Shown here in pieces: positions 38,588-46,362 of a stretch of DNA of 62,493 nucleotides. The stretch's first letter is position 1, and every line of letters starts with the position of its first letter. The DNA lies in the IMG/VR virus record IMGVR_UViG_3300044617_002031, positions 1 through 62,493 of that record. One strand, written 5' to 3'. The position numbers and the translations under genes are program-made. The notes beneath the pieces were generated by a model. It had not been told where the DNA came from. It was given only the letters and a program-made list of their open reading frames with translations, and searched no databases. The stretch is from a virus (taxonomy: Duplodnaviria; Caudoviricetes).

Positions 38588-40650
38588 GTTGCACTATGCT
38601 CCTTCAATTCAACGATAAGAGTTTCTTTCATTATATCTTTATTTGTTAAATGCTTTAATTTTTGGGTGTATATTTTTACCACTTCAAATTTTGTTGCAGG
38701 TCGAAATAAAACTTCCGTCTCTCTCATTTCATTAAATTGTGTAATATCCCTACCTAAAGATTTTTCCGAAGGATGAATTAAATATTTTAATTCTCTAGCT
38801 CCATCAGCAAATCCTCCCGTCCCCCATGATTCAGGAGTTGTCGATAAAAATCCTCTATTGCATATAATTTTTCCTTCTTGCAGCCTATCCAATGGATTTT
38901 GTTTGTGACCATAAGTAGATTCGTATCTAGCCAAAGGTCGATCAGGGGAGTATCGAGGTATTTTATTTAAGGCAGAAATTAATATATTAATGTACTCATC
39001 AACATCTTTTATATGTTCCATTCCTATGTTTAATTCAGGTTTAAAATTTTCATCAAGATAATCTTTTGTTATTAAACGCCTTAAATATTCGTTCGCAAAA
39101 CCACATATCCTTGAGTCGGTATAACGGGCAATTGCCGTTCTCTCAATATCGCTGATTTGTATTATTTGCTCTCTACCCAAGAAGTCTTTATATAGAAATT
39201 CTGCATTTTCATTTGTGTAAGTGTAACTAGGATAATCAGGAACAGCTATTGTTTTTGGTATAAAACGGAAAGAAGCATTCTCATTTTTTTTGTACATCAG
39301 GTGATGAAATTTCTCGAAGTATTGCTTTTCGTCTTCAATAATTTCTTGTAAAGGATAACCGGATTTCCCCGACCACTTACTAGCTAGTCGTTCAGTTTCT
39401 TCCTTGAAATCCTGCTTAACTTTTTCCCGTGCTTGGCGCTCGGCTTCGTTTTTGAGTTTTCCTACCGCTTGATTCTCGGCTTGCATTTTAGCCAACTGTT
39501 CTGTTTTTTCTTTAATTAGTTTCTCCGCTTTTTCCTTGGCTTCTTGTTTTGCTTTTTCCTTTGCCAATTGTGCTGCTTCTTGTTTTTTTATATATTTAGC
39601 TTCTTCTAGTGCTTCTTTTTTAGCTTTTTCATCGGCTAATTGTTTAGCCTTTTCCTTTGCTTGATACTCAGCTTCTTCTTTTGCTAACTTCTCTTTTGCT
39701 AACCGCTCAATTTCTTCCTTAGCTAATCGCTCGGCTTCTTCATCTGCTAACCGTTTAGCTTCTTCCTTGGCTAATCGTTCAACTTCCAACCGTTCAATAT
39801 TCTTGATTTTATTATTAACACCTGTCACCAATCCCCCCGCTAAAATCCCAGCAACTATACTGGCTCCAATACGAAGTGCCGGATTATTAATCTCAAGTTT
39901 ATCCATGCCCTTCTGAACCGCGAAATCCGCAGCTTCCCCAAGCGCAACAGAACTTAATACAGTAGCCCAATTTACGCTTTGCGCTAGAAAGAGGGGAATA
40001 GCAACTTCAAATCCCAGGGCAATTGCCAAACTGACACCAATAGGAATTGAAGCAGCAGCGGCTTTGCCGATTATTTCATCTCGTTTACTGAAATCTTCGG
40101 GATTTTTTAATGCTTCCTGATATGCAGTATATTGAGCAACCCTAAATTCCATCTTTTCGTTGAAACTAGCATCTTTGGGGGGTTGTGCTAATTTATTGTT
40201 ACGAATTGCCTGTGCCATCGGGTTTTTATCATCGCCGTATTGATCGGCAAATTCCTTGGTCGCGTTAGCAATCCATTCATCCAATTTCTCGGTTAATTTA
40301 GGATTCAATCTGGCTTGGGTTGCCAGATTACTAATTAATTTCGCCATCGGTAAACCCGCAGCAAGTCCCGCCCGTTTTCTGAACTCAGGATCTTTAATTA
40401 GGGATTGAATTGTATCGCCTGTTAAGTCAAATCCTTGTTTCAAGATAGCAGTTGTATCTTGAACAGATTGCTTAATAGACGAACCTTTTGATGCAAACCG
40501 TCCCGTCGTATCCCTGGTGACAACTTTGGCATTTTTTAACCAATCTGCTTCGTATTCCTTGGCAGCTTCCGCCTGTAACAATCTCTGGACAATTAAACTT
40601 CGGGACTGGAACTCTAGGATTAAACACAATAATTCGGTATTATTTTGCAT
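38584..40650 (-). CDS. Cargo family member 7; C-terminal R-S-E ADP-ribosyltransferase (VIP2/Alt-like)
   Basis: Family leader and core; EAK-rich linker; AIARYT...NEYLR, ALNKIP, LARY, GFLSTT, ETEVLF...KFEV. Confidence 0.88.
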   Translation of the reverse strand: MQNNTELLCLILEFQSRSLIVQRLLQAEAAKEYEADWLKNAKVVTRDTTGRFASKGSSIKQSVQDTTAILKQGFDLTGDTIQSLIKDPEFRKRAGLAAGLPMAKLISNLATQARLNPKLTEKLDEWIANATKEFADQYGDDKNPMAQAIRNNKLAQPPKDASFNEKMEFRVAQYTAYQEALKNPEDFSKRDEIIGKAAAASIPIGVSLAIALGFEVAIPLFLAQSVNWATVLSSVALGEAADFAVQKGMDKLEINNPALRIGASIVAGILAGGLVTGVNNKIKNIERLEVERLAKEEAKRLADEEAERLAKEEIERLAKEKLAKEEAEYQAKEKAKQLADEKAKKEALEEAKYIKKQEAAQLAKEKAKQEAKEKAEKLIKEKTEQLAKMQAENQAVGKLKNEAERQAREKVKQDFKEETERLASKWSGKSGYPLQEIIEDEKQYFEKFHHLMYKKNENASFRFIPKTIAVPDYPSYTYTNENAEFLYKDFLGREQIIQISDIERTAIARYTDSRICGFANEYLRRLITKDYLDENFKPELNIGMEHIKDVDEYINILISALNKIPRYSPDRPLARYESTYGHKQNPLDRLQEGKIICNRGFLSTTPESWGTGGFADGARELKYLIHPSEKSLGRDITQFNEMRETEVLFRPATKFEVVKIYTQKLKHLTNKDIMKETLIVELKEHSAT
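39730..40650. repeat. ~0.9-kb inverted repeat with 46363-47290
   Basis: N-terminal ~300 aa of members 7 and 8 nearly identical, on opposite strands; boundaries approximate. Confidence 0.9.
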
Positions 40651-40736
40651 GGATTTTTAAGTAATCAAAAAAACCCCGAAAAATTCGAGGTTTTGACAAT
40701 ATATAGGTGTACAAATCTAACCTCTACACTAACACA

Positions 40737-41318
40737 TTAGAAGCGATCTTGTATGTATGTAGTTATGGCAGTAGCCTGTACAATTTCAGCATCATCATAA
40801 CTGATCGACATCTCAAGAGTTGCCATGTCTTCCCCGTCCATGTCGAAGTCAGGTGCAGTTAGCGACTTAGGAAAACAGCCCGCTAATTTAAGTTTAACAG
40901 GTAGAACACCTATCTCTTGAAATAACCGATGGTACACGATTACTGCATTTTTTTTGTAATCGGGATCAATCCCTATGATTAGACCTGCGGTTGTTGCGTC
41001 ACCCTGTAAAACACCTGTCAAACCACCTTGGCCCGAGATTGCTGATACAGATGTTGTAGTTGCTCTGTCAATACATCTTTGAAACCAATTAATGTATTCA
41101 TAGCGAGTGTCGTTATCGGCAAAGTCAAGGGTGATATTAAATTCACCACTATTAACTCGACCAATCGGAATAACAGTTTTGTCGGGTCGCTCTGCGGTAT
41201 TGATCTCAATCGTAATATTATCGCGGGTGATAATATTTGCAGAATTTGTCATTCCTTCAACAATAAACCGTTGCTTATTTTGAGGGAAAGGATTTTTTGA
41301 AAGTGTTGCTTTTCTCAT
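40737..41318 (-). CDS. Tail tube protein (T4 gp19-like)
   Basis: Follows the sheath; GRV..GE..IT, W...C, GCFP..L..PDFD..E...LEM.ISYD. Confidence 0.85.
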   Translation of the reverse strand: MRKATLSKNPFPQNKQRFIVEGMTNSANIITRDNITIEINTAERPDKTVIPIGRVNSGEFNITLDFADNDTRYEYINWFQRCIDRATTTSVSAISGQGGLTGVLQGDATTAGLIIGIDPDYKKNAVIVYHRLFQEIGVLPVKLKLAGCFPKSLTAPDFDMDGEDMATLEMSISYDDAEIVQATAITTYIQDRF

Positions 41319-41331
41319 GTCAATAACCCAC

Positions 41332-44322
41332 CTAAGTTGTTACAGAAGAACCAAACCGAGAAACCAAAGATTCGGGGCCAATTTCTAATTCAAGCCTTTC
41401 TAAGATTCCAGTTGGGAACCAGGAATAAAAAAGCTTCAATTTTCCATTGACGATTTGAAGAAATACATCAACTCCCTCTTGGCCCACAGAAGGGACTGTG
41501 GCAAATCTTACAGCTTGATCAAATGTCAAATATCGACTGTAGACTCCTTTTTGGTATTCTTCCTTAGCAAATCCCTCTAACGCCAGCAATAACCGATCCG
41601 ACAACTCAGGTTGATTGGGTCGGAATAATTGTTGCAATAAAGGTTGGGCTTCCAAAAAAATTCTGACGTAGTTACTCTGCGTTCTTCGGACATGAAGAAA
41701 GGTATAAATTGAATTTAGAGCAGGGCAACGACTACCAAAAATAATCACTCGCCCACTAAAATATTTAATCGGTTGAATCCCTGCTAAATTCAAAATTCCT
41801 TCTTCCCTGGGATTGGGAGTGAAAGGTAATTTAGAAATTCGCCCTAATGTCGCGCTCAAACCAGCGGCAACATAATGATATCCCCGATATTGAGAAGCCA
41901 TGGCACTTTCCAATCCCATGATGTCTCCAGATATGGAGATCATGCGATCGCCTCTGGAACGAGGGTTGGGAATAAAGGCGTAGCTAGGGAAGGCAACGGA
42001 AAGGTGATCACTGCGCCCTAAATCTAAATTGATATAGGATTCAGCAACGGCGACATTATTAATCAAGGCAGGAATTTCAGCCCGGAACTCGAATGCAACG
42101 GATTCAGCATAAGCAATCCCCGCTTTCTGCACGGATAAATCATTAACGCCAGGAATTGCGAAGCGAACCAAGCCCACGTTCAACCCATAAACAGCTTGCT
42201 CAAGGAAATTGAGGTCTAAGTCAAGGTATCGCGTGAAGTTATAGGGCTGCATCATCGAGGAGTCGCCGTCGTATCCTCCTTCAAAATACTGAGGGAAAGA
42301 AACGATAAAGCGATCGCCTTGACTGGCATAACGAGTTAAATCAATCCCCGAATCAAAAGAAAGATAACCTGATTTGGTGAGCTTACTTCCAGCAGTTAGA
42401 TTGATAGAGAATCCTTGAGTCAAGGACAGTTCAGCATCACTGATGACCTGACGAACAGTTCGGATTTCACCAGCAGGAGAAACAACCAAATCCCCAGCAG
42501 CAACAACAGAACGAAAAGCAGTCCCCGATCCTGTTACAACAGACCCCGTGGTAGAAACGGTTCCCGCTAGAATAACAGGGGATTTAGCTTGCTTAACTCG
42601 GAAGGCGTTTCTGGCATAGCGATAGGGATTGGGATAGATGTAATTCCCAACACTGGCTTGATAATCAAAATCCCCAACGGTATAAATACGTTGTTGGGTT
42701 AAGGATAAAATAGTCCCACTGCCATTAGTAGGTCGGACATCATTTGACATCGCGGTTGTGTAGCTTGCCGTACTCCCATTCCACAATGATTTAGCTCGAA
42801 CCCAAGACAAGTAATTCTCGGTTCCCGTTCGGTAGGCAACATTGGTATTGTTAACCAGGGTTTCAACAAATAAAGAATCGCTGGGATCTAAAGAAGCATC
42901 TGCAATAGATACGACGAGAGAGTTATTGAACCGGATTTGTAGACTAAAATGGGTTTCGGGATAGGCCGTACCCTGCCCAATTTCTACACTTAACCCAGTC
43001 TTGTCGGGAGGAATCAGGGAAATTTTAGCTACTTGGCTTTGTTTGGCTAGTTCAGCATCAGCGAAACCACCATAAAAAGGTTTGGCAATTTTAAATTGAT
43101 CTGCCTGAACTTCGGTAACAATTGCCCCATCTCCACGACGATTGGGGTCAATAATTTTTTCCCCTGGCAAAAGTTCATCTAACAAATCACCGTCAACAAC
43201 ATCTACCCAGTAATTGTCTAAGTAAGCAACCGTTCCAACACTGATATCGGACTCAAACCCAGACTCCAGTAACAAGGAAGTGTCACTAACCACACTAGCT
43301 ACTGTTCGGACAACTTCGATTCCATTTACCAAACAGTAAAGTTTGTCACCTGGAGCAACTTCCACTAGGAAGGTAGTATTATTTCCAGCAACTTCTAAAT
43401 TATCTTTTTCCAGAATTGTTGCTGTAACACTATCAATGATAAATGGTGATTCAATCGTTAGAGATGTATTAGAAGTAATTGAGGTAACTCGCCGAGATTC
43501 ACCCGCGTAGTAGACTGGATCTCCAATTTTCAGTTCACTAGAAAATTGAGTTCCAACCCCAACAATTATAGTCCCGTTGATTGTTACAGTTCCCAATAAG
43601 GAAATCAATCTTTGGAATCCAATTGTCCCCGCCAGGTTTTTATGACGAGAATAAGTTGCCAATCCAGACAGGGTTAATGGCCCAGACACACCATCTGCGA
43701 ATAGATCGTATTGGGAACCAATCGTAAAAACAACTTCTCCGCTTATCGGGTTTGAAGCGGTGTTAGCGATCACCTGATAAGTTTTATTGCTTCCCGAAAA
43801 TTCGATATTTGCATCGACTAATTCGTTGGCAAAAATACCTGGTGCAACAATCGTAAAAGTTTTCGCTGTCGCAACAACAACAGTCGAAAAAGGCACGATT
43901 TTACGATACCCACCCCATCGACCTTGGTTCGCGGCTTCCAACTCTAAAATTTCCGTCCCTAACCGATTTTTGACAACGATTTTAGCAGGACGAGCATTTT
44001 CTAGCTCAACCCGCGTAATCCATGTCATAGCACCGCTTCCAGCACTATTAAAAAATCCATCAATTGCATCAGGACAAAGATGACTGGCATCAGGATATAA
44101 ATGCCACGATGAATCTTTTGGATCTCCCGCAATTTGTAAATACTGCTCTTTAGAAAGATAGGGAATTGCGACCCCCATAGGGCCACGCTTCTGAACTCCA
44201 AAAAAAGCTGTTGTGCCGTATCTCGAATCAATTACGATTTGATTCCCTGAACGTTCGATAACAGCCAGGCCTGCCGCACCAGCAGGAGGGCCAAATACAC
44301 GCACAGATTGTAAATCTGCCAT
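41332..44322 (-). CDS. Contractile tail sheath protein with inserted beta domains
   Basis: TAFFG...RGP, A.N.G.WG, FEGGYDG, AFP, LN..GI.PI, IFG.R, LHVRR, FRPN. Confidence 0.9.
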   Translation of the reverse strand: MADLQSVRVFGPPAGAAGLAVIERSGNQIVIDSRYGTTAFFGVQKRGPMGVAIPYLSKEQYLQIAGDPKDSSWHLYPDASHLCPDAIDGFFNSAGSGAMTWITRVELENARPAKIVVKNRLGTEILELEAANQGRWGGYRKIVPFSTVVVATAKTFTIVAPGIFANELVDANIEFSGSNKTYQVIANTASNPISGEVVFTIGSQYDLFADGVSGPLTLSGLATYSRHKNLAGTIGFQRLISLLGTVTINGTIIVGVGTQFSSELKIGDPVYYAGESRRVTSITSNTSLTIESPFIIDSVTATILEKDNLEVAGNNTTFLVEVAPGDKLYCLVNGIEVVRTVASVVSDTSLLLESGFESDISVGTVAYLDNYWVDVVDGDLLDELLPGEKIIDPNRRGDGAIVTEVQADQFKIAKPFYGGFADAELAKQSQVAKISLIPPDKTGLSVEIGQGTAYPETHFSLQIRFNNSLVVSIADASLDPSDSLFVETLVNNTNVAYRTGTENYLSWVRAKSLWNGSTASYTTAMSNDVRPTNGSGTILSLTQQRIYTVGDFDYQASVGNYIYPNPYRYARNAFRVKQAKSPVILAGTVSTTGSVVTGSGTAFRSVVAAGDLVVSPAGEIRTVRQVISDAELSLTQGFSINLTAGSKLTKSGYLSFDSGIDLTRYASQGDRFIVSFPQYFEGGYDGDSSMMQPYNFTRYLDLDLNFLEQAVYGLNVGLVRFAIPGVNDLSVQKAGIAYAESVAFEFRAEIPALINNVAVAESYINLDLGRSDHLSVAFPSYAFIPNPRSRGDRMISISGDIMGLESAMASQYRGYHYVAAGLSATLGRISKLPFTPNPREEGILNLAGIQPIKYFSGRVIIFGSRCPALNSIYTFLHVRRTQSNYVRIFLEAQPLLQQLFRPNQPELSDRLLLALEGFAKEEYQKGVYSRYLTFDQAVRFATVPSVGQEGVDVFLQIVNGKLKLFYSWFPTGILERLELEIGPESLVSRFGSSVTT

Positions 44323-44337
44323 TGATATCTCCTAAGT

Positions 44338-44378
44338 AAAAAAACGGGTTCCCCGAAATAAAGGAAACCCGTTTTAGG
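44338..44378 (-). terminator. Hairpin starting CCTAAAACGGG upstream of the sheath gene
   Basis: aaaacgggtt.cc...gg.aacccgtttt. Confidence 0.7.
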
Positions 44379-44405
44379 TTTGAATTAAATTAATGGAATT
44401 AAGAT

Positions 44406-44813
44406 TTATGCGGAATGAAGTCGTGGCACTCCAGTCCCAAAATATCCCCGTTCTCGAATCAACAAAACACGCTGTTGAATTGAGGGTCTACCTCCCTTTG
44501 TCGGAATTTTAGCTGTTGAAAACAAGTAGTTTTCCGACTCAATTTTGTCCAGTTGTTCGTGGGTACATTTCAAGAGTGGATCATCGGAGTCAATTATTAC
44601 ACATCCGGTCAGAACCAAGGATTGATCGTAGTTCAATCCTTTGACATACTCCTGAATTAATTTAACCTCATCATCGCTCAAAAAACGAGGCTCGGTCGAA
44701 ATAAAAATAGAAGTATCATCGGGATTGTTCGATGACTTAATCCCCAGAAAATCATGGGGGTAGGGAACCTGTAAAGGCTCTCTCGCATTTTTGAGTTGAG
44801 CTTGTCTAAGCAT
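44406..44813 (-). CDS. Hypothetical protein
   Basis: 135 aa; overlaps the upstream stop. Confidence 0.65.
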   Translation of the reverse strand: MLRQAQLKNAREPLQVPYPHDFLGIKSSNNPDDTSIFISTEPRFLSDDEVKLIQEYVKGLNYDQSLVLTGCVIIDSDDPLLKCTHEQLDKIESENYLFSTAKIPTKGGRPSIQQRVLLIRERGYFGTGVPRLHSA

Positions 44814-45135
44814 AGGATAGGGTGACTAGATTTTCGGGAGTCATGAATTTAGCAGTTGCCGCAGCATAAACCCATAATCCGGGTGCTTTCAAAGCCAAAA
44901 AGGGTTCTTGCTGGGTTTGATATAACAATTTACAAAATTGACGATGCTGTTCTTCTGCACCACTAATAAAGAATAGGTAATGACCTGTGGTATAGCCGTC
45001 AATCGGGGCTGTAGCATTGATCGCATGGTTATCCACACGATGAATCAACGTAACCGCCAAGTCAACCCCAATTTGCAGAAAGTTATCTTTGTGATCCTGG
45101 GACAAGGTGATCTGGACTGGTGCTACTGCTGGCAT
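44806..45135 (-). CDS. Hypothetical protein, paralog family B (1 of 2)
   Basis: IDGY..GH..FFI.G...H..F.K.L...GL..YA..T.KF..PEN.VT shared with the next gene. Confidence 0.8.
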   Translation of the reverse strand: MPAVAPVQITLSQDHKDNFLQIGVDLAVTLIHRVDNHAINATAPIDGYTTGHYLFFISGAEEQHRQFCKLLYQTQQEPFLALKAPGLWVYAAATAKFMTPENLVTLSYA

Positions 45136-45234
45136 AGCTGGTTATCTCCCATCAATAATAATGTTTTCAAATTCTGAACTGGTGCTACTGCTGGCATAGC
45201 TGGTTATCTCCTATCAATAATAATGTTTTCAAAT
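45116..45234. repeat. 57-bp direct repeat (period 62) duplicating RBS and start of 44806-45135
   Basis: 45116-45172 vs 45178-45234, one mismatch. Confidence 0.9.
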
Positions 45235-45579
45235 GTAGTCTATCGGTGCTGAAGCCAATATCGCTTCAATGGTGACTTTGTTTTCAGGCTTCACGAATTT
45301 TCCGGTTGGACTCGCGTAAATCGTTAACCCCCTGAATCGAGAGGGAATAACTGCGCTATAGCCGTCACCAAACAAATATTTCAGAAAGATCAGATGTTCG
45401 CTCATAGTTCCTTCGATAAAGAAAACGAAGTGACCATTACTATATCCATCAATCCGACAAGCTGTATGGTGTAGTGTGTCCCCGGAAATCCTGTAAACAT
45501 CGTCAGAACGAATACCTTGTTCTGACAATACTTCTAACTGCTTCTCATTTAGTCGCAAACGACTATCAATGCTGGGCAT
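45229..45579 (-). CDS. Hypothetical protein, paralog family B (2 of 2)
   Basis: Start MPSIDS with AGGGG RBS; paralog of 44806-45135. Confidence 0.8.
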   Translation of the reverse strand: MPSIDSRLRLNEKQLEVLSEQGIRSDDVYRISGDTLHHTACRIDGYSNGHFVFFIEGTMSEHLIFLKYLFGDGYSAVIPSRFRGLTIYASPTGKFVKPENKVTIEAILASAPIDYI

Positions 45580-45681
45580 TTGGTTGTCCCCTAGACGCAA
45601 AAAACGGAGCAGAGAATAAATCTCCGCCCCGTTTTAGGATTTCTTTTTGTTATGCTCTATTGTACACGATATTAAAGTCAA

Positions 45682-46302
45682 ATGTCATACATCACCCCCG
45701 AAGCTGTTCAAAAACGATTAATCTCTCTAGGCGATCGCACTCCCGAAACAGTCCCATCATTCGACGCGATCCAAATTATGATTGATGATATCGAATATCG
45801 GATCGATACCTGGCTGGGTTATTCGCCGTTACCTAGAGAGTACCTCAGTACGATCATTCCGAACCATATAGGATATTTGAATATCAATAGCCAAGCCCCT
45901 CCTATAAAGGTTTTGGAGGTTAAACGGATTCATCCTGTATTTGGGGGAACGATTTTAACCAATGCCTACTGGACTTGGGATGGTAAGCGCACCATTGAGG
46001 TAATTTATGTAATGGGAATAAGTTCATCGGGATTAAACTACGAAGTCCGTTACATCGCGGGATTGAAAGAAATCCCCCCTATTTTTGAGAATGTCGCATT
46101 TCACCTATTACGTTATTCTGTTAAGAATGATTGCGATACTTTCTCTTTGGAAGAACCGACACGGGATTTAACCAGTGTAAATTTACCGGGAGGCATGAGT
46201 CAGCAATTTAAACTAGGGGAAAATAAAAATGCTTCACTGGGAACTTGGTTTGAGCGTTTTGTTCAGCCATTGAGTCGTTATAAACACAGGATTAAGGTTT
46301 AG
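45682..46302 (+). CDS. Head-tail adaptor (gp6/gp15-like)
   Basis: MSYIT.E.V, IDTWLG, V.Y.AG...IP, ...L..Y. Confidence 0.75.
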   Translation: MSYITPEAVQKRLISLGDRTPETVPSFDAIQIMIDDIEYRIDTWLGYSPLPREYLSTIIPNHIGYLNINSQAPPIKVLEVKRIHPVFGGTILTNAYWTWDGKRTIEVIYVMGISSSGLNYEVRYIAGLKEIPPIFENVAFHLLRYSVKNDCDTFSLEEPTRDLTSVNLPGGMSQQFKLGENKNASLGTWFERFVQPLSRYKHRIKV

Positions 46303-46362
46303 AATTAAACCAACTCGAACCAGAGGCATAAATTTATGTCTCTGGTTTTTATGCAAAAATCT

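Noticed and set aside
29513-44322. Capsid-less contractile injection system (eCIS/tailocin) with toxin cargo
   Set aside because: Portal, protease, capsid and neck genes are present and intact, so a phage is the simpler reading. Tube loading of some cargos is not excluded.
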